NCBI GenBank assembly: GCA_040954595.2
Contig: CM082576.2
Span: 1,102,648 to 1,166,647, forward strand
Origin: Balanoglossus misakiensis
Lineage: Eukaryota > Animalia > Hemichordata
DNA: 64,000 nt
Reading direction: 5' to 3'
The notes under the pieces were generated by a model, which saw only the letters and a list, made by a program, of their open reading frames with translations, did no database searches and was not told the DNA's origin. The position numbers and the translations under genes were made by a program. Positions 25,925-38,144 of the stretch are shown here, one piece after another (position 1 is the first letter of the stretch; each line of letters opens with the position of its first letter).

Positions 25925-27343
25925 GTAAGACTATGTCTAGTTGTCGGTGTAATCCTTTAGGACCAATGGGCGCTGATTACCATCATAATGGAGGCCGGGT
26001 GCATGCCATAATTACTACGTAATATTAAACCTGAATTACGCGACTTATCTCCCTCACTTTACCATTTTGTACAGAGGTATCATATCTTGACATTCAGGGG
26101 AAGGTTTTCTGTGATAATGTCAGATCATTCCATCATATTTTCACGACTACAAAGGTGTTTGTTGATTGTCGCTTGATGGTGTATTAATGGACACCGATAT
26201 CAAGTCTTTGTTGTTTATTGTATATACTTCAATCGGACACAGTATGCCTATACTGCCCGCGTTCAGGTAGGACAACCGTGTTTCCATGGAAAGCTAAGGG
26301 TATGTTCTAATTCCAGTTTGTCAGTGACCAGCCTGCTTGGTTTTGCTCAAAGCATCTTGATTTCCTTGGGTGTTAGCATTGAATCGGACATTGTTAAGCG
26401 ATTTTAACAGTTCGCACTTGTTATAGCCGAGCGCCGTGTCACCTGGGGTCAGATCAGAGACACAGTTCTCATACATATTTATTGTTCATTATTCTGGACC
26501 CTATCTCTGTCTTCCAAAACACCTGAATATACGAAAGAATTCCTTAGCTCAAAACAGTTTGCAACTTTTTGTTGGGAGTTGAAGTGAACACTTTTGACTT
26601 TGCCACCTGCTAGTGCTGAGGTTGTCCATGAGATTCCCGTTGGAGCTTTTGTCTCTTGTACGTCGGCCATGCTTTTGAAATGTCCTGACTAGAGCTTACT
26701 TCACAGGTGCATATGTTCCCCTTTGTAAAAATCACGTGATCCAAAATCAGGCGTCGGTCCTCTCTTTATGCATGAAGTAAAAAAAAACGAATAAAATACG
26801 AGAGATCTGCCTTCACGATCCACAGAAAACCGAAAGCTTGTCGTAAAGTCGATTGATGAAGTTAATATCACTTTCTACAGGTCTTCTTCCCGCCTACGCT
26901 ACTCGAAAGTTATTACACGTCAAAATATCACTGACATTGTTGAAATTATTAATTGGTTGGACATTAAAATACACTACTGCGAATTGTTGTTTAACAAAAT
27001 TAAACACATTTATCATGTCTGCCACAAACTCCGGTCAATTTGCATTTTGCATATTTATCAAATATTTCATACCAGTCATGTCACATTTCATCCAGGCTTG
27101 CACGTTAATGAACATCAAAGGCTGAGGCTGCAGAGATCCATCAAAGATGACCTATGTGACCCAGAAAGGTCATTAACATCTATTATCCCTGTAATCTGTC
27201 CACAGATATATGCCAACTGTCATCAACAAATGATAGCCCAGGAACGGTGTACCCGAACCCTGAAATTCATCATCGAAAATCCCAGTGCGATATCTATTAA
27301 AGATTATGTACAGCGGATGTTGGTGTGACGGGATTCAGTAAAT

Positions 27344-27735
27344 ATGCTCAACTGGGGTTCCCAGGAATTAATGTCAGCTGAGGATTGGACCTACAATGGT
27401 ACCTATGAAGACTTCACTCAGCTAACATCTGTGACCACTCTCTTCATCGTGCTGTACTCTGTTGTCATAGCAGCCGGTTTCCTTGGAAACCTTTTCCTGG
27501 TGCTGACGATTTGGTTGGCCAAATCCTCCCGGAGTTTGTTCTGTTGCTACATGGTGAACTTGATCGTCATTGATGTTCTATTCTGTGTGCTGGTGATTCC
27601 ACTAACACTTGTTGAATACACATCAGACATTGATTCCTCCATCTACACCCCCTTCCTCTGTTCATTTGTGTCGTATGTACGTCTTGTGTTGGTCTTTGTC
27701 AATCTATGGACGCTAGCTGCATGGACAGTTGACAG
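27344..27735 (+). CDS. GPCR B exon 1 (N-terminus to TM3)
   Basis: Reads MLNWGSQE...GFLGNLFLV...NLIVIDVLF...FLCSFVSY...WTVD-AG|GTGAG. Confidence 0.88.
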
Positions 27736-30700
27736 GTGAGACTCCCTTTAAATATATTATGATGTTTGTCTTGATGTTGTCCACACATTCAAACAAAACA
27801 AGATATTTTGAAATAAAGAACCTCAAGCGAGCCAGCCTGCCGCATATATACATGCCAGCTCACCCAATGATCTCACGTTTTCCGCCACTTTATTCTCATC
27901 TGACCCATAATCGTTTTGTGTCAACTCTGTTGTGATGTATTTGAAATTGATGGCGCTGTTTCATCATATCCCATATTTCTTTGTTAAAGAAAAAAAAAAC
28001 TTCAAACAACGTGTGTGGTCAAGCTCAAGCTATGATTTCATAATCTTTCAAAATAATCTCAGTTTGCTTATACTTCATATTCCTCGTGAAATATTTACCC
28101 ATAATTCTCGGGTGAATTCAATGATAGAAACATACAACCAGTGATAGAACAAAACCTATGAGTTTGTTATATTAGTTTCGTGATGGCTGATTATGTATAA
28201 GACCATAAACGTGCACATAAAATAATTTTGTTAAGATACTGCATCTGACATACGAATGTACATTGTTAATATCATTCCGAGATGTTTTGAAAATGTACGT
28301 GTCAGGGTAGTTAGAAAAATAGTATGTACAGGTCACTTTGTTGTTTTGGCTTGGTTTGTTTTTCTGGTTTCTCTTGGGAACGATGACATGCCGAGCCAAC
28401 AGGTTTGTGGTACAAATATGACAAAAGCTCCTTGAATCTGGAAGTGGATTGGTCGCCAAAGCAAACATGCAGGTGTTATGTTTACATCCCTGGACGAGAT
28501 TGTGTAACTCTGGCAGCCATGGAGTATTGTCGAGGGTACTTTGTACTTAGTTCTTACACGTTGCCACTTGCAAATGCCACAGGTGGCCTCACAACGTTGT
28601 TCTAGTCTCGACAACGTAAACAAAACACACCCACCGCTCTGCCTTTATTCTGAACTGTTGAATGTTCAGCCCCATTCGTGTTCAATTGTTGTATCATCGA
28701 TATGATATACTCTAATTCCAAATGTAACTGGTCAATGGGGACGACAGCGTCCCAGTAATTTACAGGCAATAGGTAACTCTCGCGGGCACCGCCTTTATCA
28801 ATTACACATTTCACGCAGTGTACCATGGGAGAATCAATCATGGAGTTCTGCCTGGGCTGACCGTACACTTACTAATATTTTTACGACCAAGTTTCAAAAA
28901 GCCACACGAAACGAAAAGAACTGAAATAATATCAAGACATGGCTCTGCAGACATTTTCGTTGTAAATGTAAGGTAGACCCTGAAGCGAGACTGAGTCAAA
29001 TATAAAAACAAAGCAACCCGGTCGAAAAATACACGTTGTGGTCACCTCGCGCACTGCTGAGCAAAAGTTCAATATTTTCGTTCTGAAAGAGTGCTAGACT
29101 TACTTGCAATATTGTAGCTCTCCATTAATTCAGACGTACTTTCTCCCAGTTACTACTTCAATCTCTGTAATTCTGTGTCATCTATTTATTCTCCTGAAGC
29201 ATTTCCAGGAGTCCAGGGGTTTTTACGCCGCCAGTTCTGAAATTACATTTCAGATTGTTGTTGTTCTGAAATGCAATCCATAACATCGCTTGCTTCCAAA
29301 ATTGGACAAGATAAAGTTATTGAGTCTTTAAAATGTTTCTTGCCGACTTTGGCCAAAATTTTCAAGGGTCTCCCATTTTCCCCAAAAATATTCTAGACCC
29401 CCTCCGCCGAACATCAAAGGTCCATCCCTTAGCATGTATCTGTCAGTCAACTCGTACAAAAGTCGATAATGTAGTCTTTGTGCCCTTGATTAACAAGTGT
29501 CCCTCAGTGTAGTTAGATGTCCCGCTGCAAATAATCAAAAGGCTACATGTTTGGATACAGCAGCAATGTGTTGTGACCGCATCAACCCTTGGACTTCAAG
29601 TTTTTTTATTGTTAACTATGTCTCGTAAATCACGCGTGATCTGCGTCGTAAATAAGGACTCCGTCAGGGTTTTCTGGTGTTCTAAATCGCCCATTACAAG
29701 TAATCTATGCTCGTAAACATCGAACAGACCTGTCTTACGGCGGCAAATTACTGCTAACTCGACTTTTTGCCAGTATTTCAAGCATTTAATGTTTTCAATG
29801 AAGAGATTACATCACATGGGTGATGTGTGTTCTTGATGCGACAATTCATGCAGTTGAACAAGATTTGAAAAATATAAATTAATATTCATATTTCAATAAT
29901 ATCCAACTATGAAAGAATAGTTCCAATCTTGTTCAGTTTAGCTTTTGTACTCCACATAGCTGTTTTGCTTGTCTGATATTATTAGTAGTCGGGTAAAGCA
30001 ATACTATTTTTGCAGTGAAGTGGCAGGAGTTGAACTCTCAGATCAGACATTCAAATAAATTGTCTTTTCGGGAAAAATGATGGCGTATAGACATGTCATG
30101 TGATTGACTACGAGAAGAAGGTTGCCATGGATGACATATGTGGGTCATTTTCTTTCAAAATCTCTTCTGGGTCAAGAATATTCCAGCGGGAAGCAACTTG
30201 TAATATCAACAACTATAATCAACCCGCATGTCGCTTTTTAAAATTAATGATATCTTAGTGAGACGGAAAAGACGTACTAGGCGAGAAATGACAAAACACA
30301 CCGGGCGGTGGGCGTAAGTGATGGCTTAAAAATGTAAAAGAACTTGAGTGTCGTTATTTATTCGTTTCCAATGAGTAGAGCAATGATTTGTTGCGTCTGG
30401 AACTGACAATGCGTTGGTTTTTAAGCGCGATTTTTCACAACACAGCAAAAGAAGCAATTATCTCTGTTTATATAACAAATATAACTTACAGCGGTTGGTC
30501 TCATTCATTAAAATCACTTGGATCACTTCGGTTGTTCATTTCCAGCGTTTAACACGTCCAAGCGATAACTTTCATGTCGGAAAGACGCCCAGAGCGCCAG
30601 AGATCTATTACCCCTGCCCATCCGCCCAAGTCACTTATGCCCCAGTAACTTTTGTCAGACACGTTATTGGTAAAGTCTTATTAAAAGTTGAACATACAAC

Positions 30701-33700
30701 GCCACCGAAACTAATATCAAAAGTGTTCGCGATCGCTTCTTGTAATGTCAAACGGCTGGCAATTCCGTCTCGTCAACGCAATTACACCTATAAAGGTTAT
30801 ATACGCAAAGTCTGGCTGACGTCTCGGTTACATGTCTCTCTACCTGCTGCGGGAGGGGGGGGGAGGGGGTAAATCGTTGAAGCGAAAATACACCTACAAA
30901 GACCATGTCACAGAAAAATGTGAGAACTACAGCAGTCATGAGGAGTTAACATTAGACCAGTATGTTTACTCTTTTCCAATCCTCGGAGATCTGATCTCAT
31001 TTGTATTTTTTAACGATTAATCAATTTTTGTTGCACCTGGAAAAGACAGTGTTGAGCTATTTCATCCCCCGCGTCATTCTGATACATTTCCTGGGTGATT
31101 TAGAGAACGGTCGGCCACGCACCCACGCGACAGGTTTTGGGTTGACAGGAGTCATTCACCCAATAACGTCAGCTTCATAATTAGTACGTGGAATATATTA
31201 GTAATTTACAAGCGGTGTCTAGATGGAATGGAAATTCGGGAAATTGTGATGTTAACTTCAGGAAGATTTCAGAATCGACTTCTAAAGGGGGGGGGGGGGG
31301 TATTGAGACGTATATATGTCCTGTCATTGGTCTCTGCCGTTGTGGGTCCAACTAGATTTATTCACTTCATCGCACACGACATTCGTGTAATAACTGAAGA
31401 AAGGTCGCAGAGTTGGTAGAGGTTACTTTCTAATTCAATCATGGATTGTTCCATGACATATCAAGGGAATTAATTCCGTCACAAAGAAAGAGAGCTGGTT
31501 GAAAATAATGAAACATAGATGACTCATATCCACGTATACCTCTGATTCCCGAGTGTAGAAACATCAACCAGTCGCTACTATACTTTGCACACGATAACAT
31601 GATTTATGTGTCTTTTAAAAATCCAATTTAGACATTATTTTTATTTTGTGACAATTTTCAGACCGCCTACTATCCCAACATCATCAATCTAGACTTTCGT
31701 GAACTTAGCGAATCAGTTAAACAGTCAATAAAAATCAAACGTAAAATCCGCATTGTCTTTATTTGTAAACCCCTGCTCAAGGAAATTAAAGATCTCTGGT
31801 ACAGGGACAACAATTTGTCAAGTTGCTGAAATCGCACCAACAGACTCTCGCTGAACTTTTTTTGGCTTTAGGGATTACAACTTTCAAGGAAACGGAGACA
31901 CCGTGTCGATTGGATGGATGCACATTGTTCCTATAGGGATTTGTAGTCACACAATATCTTATCACATATTACACACGGGAAATGAATTATTAATATTATA
32001 GTTGAAAACAAAAGATTGAATGCAAGTGTACATGTTTGCAATCACAAGATGTTCTACAGTTTTACCCATGTATGTTCACATGTGTGTGCGTGTGTTTTAC
32101 AGACTCAACCATGTAACCACGCCAAAACATGCCTCCACATTGCACGTATTTGTTGTGTTGGCCAAAGGCAACCCAGATAGAAAACCGATGACGTTTTGAC
32201 CCATGAAATCAGACTTTGCTAAAAACTCGCCATGAAAGGGCGTTTGTGCTGTTACTCGACCATCGCGTATGCCCCTTATGTAAAATTCAATGCAAGAGAA
32301 GAGATTGCATTTATCGTCAATGGGTTGGTCACTTTAAAATGTAAATGTTCATTTTTTGTGCTCAATTTACATGACGCCCATACTCCGCCATCACTGCATT
32401 TTTTATTGGCGTTGATGGTTTGCTTAGTGACCCAGTATGACACCTCGCTTGGAGGGATTAAACCACAATCTCCCGAGGAGATGAACATACAACACCTTCT
32501 TAAAGTGTTTCAGTGGTAATTATGGGACAGGTCAAAACTGTACAAAAAGAACGCCATTCGTGAAATACTTTCAATGGCGAGTATCCACCTTTCAGACTGT
32601 GATCCGCCATTATTCATTTTAAGTATCTAGGGATGTCTGTATCTTCTGCTGCCCGGTCGTTAGCCCAGCTGATGTCATTTTAATGGACTGTGGCAGACGA
32701 TTTAATTTCCCGCCAAGGGAAGATAGCTTGGAAAATTACCGCTGGAATTCTTATATGAATTACCAGAGAATCTGGTTTCTCCATAAAATATCAAAATCTT
32801 TTGACTATCTTGGAGAAAACTGTTTTGGTGGGAAATTATGTATCGACCATCTCCAGACATATTGTAGGCACTGAAGTAGACGCGGGGTAGTACTGATTGA
32901 TGGGTTCATAATTCATAGCACAATACCACTTGGGTATACTATTCTGAGGATAAGTCGAGCGTCTCGGAGACAGTAACTGAATAAGTGAACATGTAATATG
33001 AAACAGTGGTGTTGAAATTATGTGAGAACTTCGCTTTGTCTTACAGATGGTGGATTCTAAAGTTCGATAAGCCGATTAGAAAATGTTGGACTTATGTCAC
33101 CATAGCAACGATCTGGATCATCACTTGTTTGTTGATGTTAATCAAGGAATTGCAGCCATACACACTCGTCCGCGTACACCTGGAAAGTCACTATGGAACT
33201 ATTGAGAGAGAACTTTGCCAGCAAACGACTTCGACAACTTTTAGACAAGTGTGGACAACGATTCTATTCGTGTGTCTTATTGTAACTTTAGTATTTACAC
33301 TTGTTATAAATATTTTGTCATTTAAGTCTGGAGGCTCCGGATTGACTACCCTCAGTGAAGATTATAGCAAATATAGACAGGTAAGAGATTCCGACTTGGA
33401 TTTTGTTACTTGAATTGACGCGTGTGAACTAAGGCCTTCCGAGATCATAGACGTCATGGGTTTCAGATTTACATAGTCTTCACACTACACTTCACGAAAT
33501 GGCTAAATCTAATGATATAACCTAAGGTCTAATGTTTTCGGCTGACGACCTGTGTTGATGCATGCCGCAAGCTGTATACCTCTTTTGTATACTACGCGGC
33601 TTCCCTAAACTTCAGCGTACATTTTCATTTCATCAATGGAGCAATTCTTAATGTAATGGCGACAAAGTTTGTGGCTAAGTTACGATATATTGTGATCAAC

Positions 33701-35498
33701 TGAAGAGAAATATGGGCCTACATCCATTTAATGATGGAATTTACTACTCTAATGATGGAGATGCCACTCAGCATTTAATTGGGACAATTTTCAACCAGTG
33801 TGCAACATTCTCTTTCAGGCGGGAAAAATGACTAAGATGGCCGCTGTAGTTATGGCTTTATTTGCGTTGGCATGGTTACCATTGTCCTTCTACATCATCA
33901 TTGTCACTTACGAAGAGGGGATCGTTCACAGCGGGAATGCCATTTTCAGTCTTTTAACCCTGTATTTCATTGGTTTCTGCAATTCATTTATAAATCCGTG
34001 CATCTATGCAATCGTCTGTGTCGAGTTCCGAGTGGCCTACAAGGAGGCAATTGCTGCCGTCGTGTGTCGAAGAGATCATTCAGGAAATAAAAAATATTTT
34101 CCTGAGATACGGCGAAGTTTCAACAAGGAAACCAGAAATTCGCACTTGAAAGACGACAATAAGAATCAAACAGAACTGCAAGTCGTTGGAATGAAAGAAA
34201 CTCGTTCAACGATGGCCGGAACAACGTCATACCCTCCCGATTTGTGTATCCATGCAAACGGGAATATTAATTACGGACTGAACCTGGACGAAGTGACGGT
34301 GTCTGATAATTTTGATAGCTACGTAGCAAGACCCTTTGCGGAAAATCCTTCGTTCTATACGCATTGGGGCGATTACAATTTAGCGGACGAGCGAAGATAT
34401 CACAGTCAATATCTTACACCGTCAAGATCGTATGAAATGTCGCTCGACCACGATCGGAAACGATTCAGCTTGCCAGCTTTGAGAGAATACCGTGAATCGA
34501 GACGGGTATCCATGGAAGACAAAGAGGTAGCCGCCATTATGAGTCAAGAAATTCAACGAATGAAACGGAACGAAAGAAGTCGACAGGTTGGTCTGCCTGC
34601 CGAGTATCAGTCAAACATACTTGCAACTATTCGGCCGTTGGGGGAGACACCTCGAGATAACCCTAATTTCCGTCGTGTTCGTCCTCCGGAAACTCATAAA
34701 AGAGATCGTTACAAGTCGCACGTGAAATGTTCACAGAAAAGAGATGTAATTTTACATGACAGGGAACAATCGAGAAATGCAACAGCCACTTTCAACAGAA
34801 CTTCTGACTACAGATCTCCAGAACGATACCACACTCAACAGGTGTTACCTTCTAAACATCGTCCAGAGAAAAGATCATACACAAGATCAAAGAACATACC
34901 AAGGTATGATTCCAGCGATTCGCCCTCAGAGGTACATGTACGTGGCAGACGCTATCAACGTGAACGAGGGAATGAAGTTTACGATGGGCGCCGTGTCCTG
35001 GGGCGAGCGGAAATGAGAACGTCAGACTATCACGTAAAAAGAGCACACAAACGGACTCTTAAGTCAGCCAATTCCTATGACAATCGTGGTTTCAACAATC
35101 GCAGGTGGCCACGTTACCATAACAACACAAATGGGATGGAGAGTACAACTGATGATGACGACAACCGATCTACATCGGAATCTTCAAATTGCTCATGTTC
35201 TTCCCCGTGCAGTCAGTGCAGCGACGAAAGTCCAATTTTCAGCGAAGATGAGTACAGCACACCAAAACGATATTGTCTGTCAGACTCAGACTTTGAATTC
35301 CACACCACAGAGTACGAAACGGAACAGACGGCCAGCGAGAACGAGGCTGAGACTGCACCGGCCAGTCGATATCAGTACCACCGAAATCCACCCCAATATC
35401 GCTTAGAAACCGTTCAAGAAGAGCCACATTATCTTTTCATGATGAGACCGCTCTCTTCCAAGACATTTGTTCAGTTAACAGAACCTGTCGACGTTTAA
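27344..35498 (+). CDS. Divergent class A GPCR B (paralog of GPCR A), 801 aa; exons 27344-27735, 33047-33380, 33819-35498
   Basis: Intron positions and phases equal those of GPCR A (GAC AG|GTGAG...tacAG|A; CAG|GTAAGA...ttcAG|GCG), 2406 nt in frame. Motifs: GN, TM2 D, TM3 Cys, DRW, TM4 W, ECL2 LESHYGTIERELC, AWLP, NSFINPCIY. The C-tail is about 490 aa. Confidence 0.9.
33047..33380 (+). CDS. GPCR B exon 2 (ICL2 to ICL3)
   Basis: Acceptor ttacAG at 33045-33046 and donor GTAAGA at 33381. Encodes two hydrophobic helices and the ECL2 Cys. Confidence 0.88.
33819..35498 (+). CDS. GPCR B exon 3 (TM6-TM7 and long C-tail)
   Basis: Acceptor ctttcAG at 33817-33818, followed by 560 open codons containing AWLP and NPCIY. 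AATAAA at 36006. Confidence 0.9.
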   Translation, partial: AGKMTKMAAVVMALFALAWLPLSFYIIIVTYEEGIVHSGNAIFSLLTLYFIGFCNSFINPCIYAIVCVEFRVAYKEAIAAVVCRRDHSGNKKYFPEIRRSFNKETRNSHLKDDNKNQTELQVVGMKETRSTMAGTTSYPPDLCIHANGNINYGLNLDEVTVSDNFDSYVARPFAENPSFYTHWGDYNLADERRYHSQYLTPSRSYEMSLDHDRKRFSLPALREYRESRRVSMEDKEVAAIMSQEIQRMKRNERSRQVGLPAEYQSNILATIRPLGETPRDNPNFRRVRPPETHKRDRYKSHVKCSQKRDVILHDREQSRNATATFNRTSDYRSPERYHTQQVLPSKHRPEKRSYTRSKNIPRYDSSDSPSEVHVRGRRYQRERGNEVYDGRRVLGRAEMRTSDYHVKRAHKRTLKSANSYDNRGFNNRRWPRYHNNTNGMESTTDDDDNRSTSESSNCSCSSPCSQCSDESPIFSEDEYSTPKRYCLSDSDFEFHTTEYETEQTASENEAETAPASRYQYHRNPPQYRLETVQEEPHYLFMMRPLSSKTFVQLTEPVDV

Positions 35499-36005
35499 AA
35501 TCTGAGAAATGCTTCTAGTCTCACTGATCAGACTCATATGATATCCCAAAATTGATCAAAGGTGTTGACTTTTCGTTTCACATTATCACCCCGACTTCTT
35601 GTGACAATGGCTGAACAGCGACAACAAACTTCATTACACTTTCTAAGGCTGTCCATAAAATCAAGCCGATCCATTTTTTATACTTCATCATTGAGCCAAA
35701 AGTTCGACGATGAGTAAACATTTCACGTTGGATTCTCTTTTATACTTCAGAGAAAGCAGCTTTAATTCGTTCCAAGAAAATAATGAACATCAGACAAGAC
35801 ATTGCAGCTACTTGTATTCCATCCAATCTTTTCAACGTTTGTCACTAGTACGCAGTATGATATTCATTAAATAGGTATTGTCATAGCAACACAATCATCA
35901 TAAAATTACTTATCCTGAACAAAGAATAGTATATCCTTGTGAATGATCGATTCAATGCAAGACTTTTTGTGTAAATGTTTATTTTCGTTTATATGTGATT
36001 CTTAA

Positions 36006-36011
36006 AATAAA
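36006..36011 (+). terminator. Probable polyadenylation signal of GPCR B
   Basis: AATAAA about 510 nt after the stop, preceded by U-rich sequence. Confidence 0.45.
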
Positions 36012-37322
36012 TCAACCTGCAACATATACAGTTTACAGTCTTGTAACGTTCCATGAACAGAAAAATCTGTCCGTTTTTAAGAAAAAAGCGAACATATACG
36101 TTTTAGAAGCAGTGTACAACAGGTGAATACAAGTGGCGCCCCCTATAGGCGTTTTAGAGAGCTATCTGTAGAAGATGCGACTTTTCACATACATGTACTG
36201 CTGGTTTGCGACGACGTCGATGTCTGATGGAGAAAGCTATGGAATTGAGACTGCTAAACAAAGGTATGTGCCGCAACATTTGATAGTGGCAGTTGGAATT
36301 ACACTTCCATGATATACAACTGTTTTTACACCGTTTGCAATATCAGGATGTAGTTTGCTAAGCATGCTTGTAAGATGGTTTATGGAGAAAGTTTACAACA
36401 TGAAATCCCTCCAAGCAAATCATTCACTTGCAAGCTGTGATGCCTAATATATGCCTTCAATTACACAGTTTTGTGTATAAATGTAAACACAACTATACTT
36501 CTGTGATTTTGTGCATGGTGCAGATTTGTAATTTTTTGGTGCACATTTTTTGGGGAAGATTTCAAGATGGAGGTTTACATTTTTCTGCATCTGAACTTTG
36601 ACCTTTCAGGTCATATAATTGGCATAGAGGTCATAGGAAACTGATTCCATGCACTCTCTCCACATGGCACAAGATTGATGTATTGCGCCCTCTATGTTAA
36701 CATTGTCAGTCACTGAGAATTCACTAAGATGTGTAGGACAACATCTAAAGTTTCCTAAAATTCTAAAATGAAAAATAGTTGTTTTTGTATGGCAGTATTG
36801 AAGTACTAACATTGTTTTTTTGCTTTGACATAAAAACTTTCAAAATTCAATTTACAAATTACATTGTATATGGTAAGACAGTGATTCCATCTCTACAACG
36901 CATATGCCAAAATTATTTACAGGCAATCATGCATATGGCACAAACAAAATCCGCTGTCTATTCATAAAGCAATATCATTACATGAAGATAAAAACTTTAC
37001 TCTAGCTGTTGTGGTGATCCCTTGTGGTTTCACTCAATACAATAGAACTCTTTACATGTTTAACTTAAAATTTCAACAAAAATAAAATCTATGGTAATTG
37101 TCAGTAAGACTTAAAATTTCAATAGGCTCTGTTAACATGGCAGTGGACTGTGTGAAAATGGAAAGTACTGACACTTTACAGCAAATGGAAAGGACCTTTA
37201 AGAGAAACAAATGAATGTTTTGATATGCAGTCATGACTGACTGATCTTAAATTCATATGTATGAAATCAAAATAAAACATTTAAATTCCACTCCAAAGTA
37301 CTAAGACATAAAAGCAACATTA

Positions 37323-37637
37323 TATTATACCAGTATATTGATGGTGTAAATCACGCTATTTGATTGGTCGAGACACGACACGTGACCGTGATATATTAGC
37401 CATATACCACAGTCATATATCATAGTTAAAGAAAATGCCTTTTTAAAATGTTTTATGCAAAGTTTCAATATACTGGCATAATATAATAGCAATAAAACAC
37501 CCCCAGCCATGGTATACCACTCGATTTTGACCAGTTCAACTCCATATACGCACTCGCTATCGCTCGTGCGTATATGTCGTGAACTGGTCAAAATCTCGTG
37601 ATATACCATGGCTGGGGGTGTTTTATTGCTTAATTAT
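37323..37637. mobile_element. Non-autonomous palindromic (double-hairpin) element, possibly Crypton-like or a MITE
   Basis: An inverted pair CCAGTATATTGA (37330-37341) / TCAATATACTGG (37465-37476) is followed by a long hairpin at 37488-37630 with a perfect 29-bp outer stem. The family assignment is from memory only. Confidence 0.65.
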
Positions 37638-38144
37638 AAAACAACTGAGTTGATTCACACTACAGTGCTACACATTAGCAGTTTATATAAACACTAGTCA
37701 CTACACGAGAAGTTTGAATGTCAATGAACTTAGTTTCAAAATGTCAGACTGACTTTGACGTAATATGACTGATACCATGTTACGATGTCATTGGCCTTTG
37801 ACTCAACATAACTTACCTTTGACTTTAATATAACAAATGTATATTTCTTGTTTTAATTATACCTAAAATAATACATAACTCTACAAGAATTTATATTTAT
37901 ATTTATATTTACAACTTTCGGACACATTAACTCCATCATTAGCATAGCTTTACAAAATGTTTCATTCTAAATCAACCTTGGGTCTAATAGATGTAGATGT
38001 GAGTCTTGGGCAGTATGTAATGTATAGAATTCACTGCAATATTTGTCTGAAGTGTAAACTTAGAGGCTGGGCTGTGGAATATTTCATTGTGTTTATCTTC
38101 AACATGTCTATACATTCCAGTCTGATATGTTTTTGTGGAAAACT

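Noticed and set aside
30414-30872. 152-aa ORF in GPCR B intron 1
   Set aside because: It has a non-ATG start, no domain or splice support, and ends in a G-run typical of repeat remnants.
37488-37630. Pre-miRNA or tRNA interpretation of the hairpin
   Set aside because: The stem is longer than a typical pre-miRNA, there is no cloverleaf, and it is embedded in a larger inverted-repeat element.
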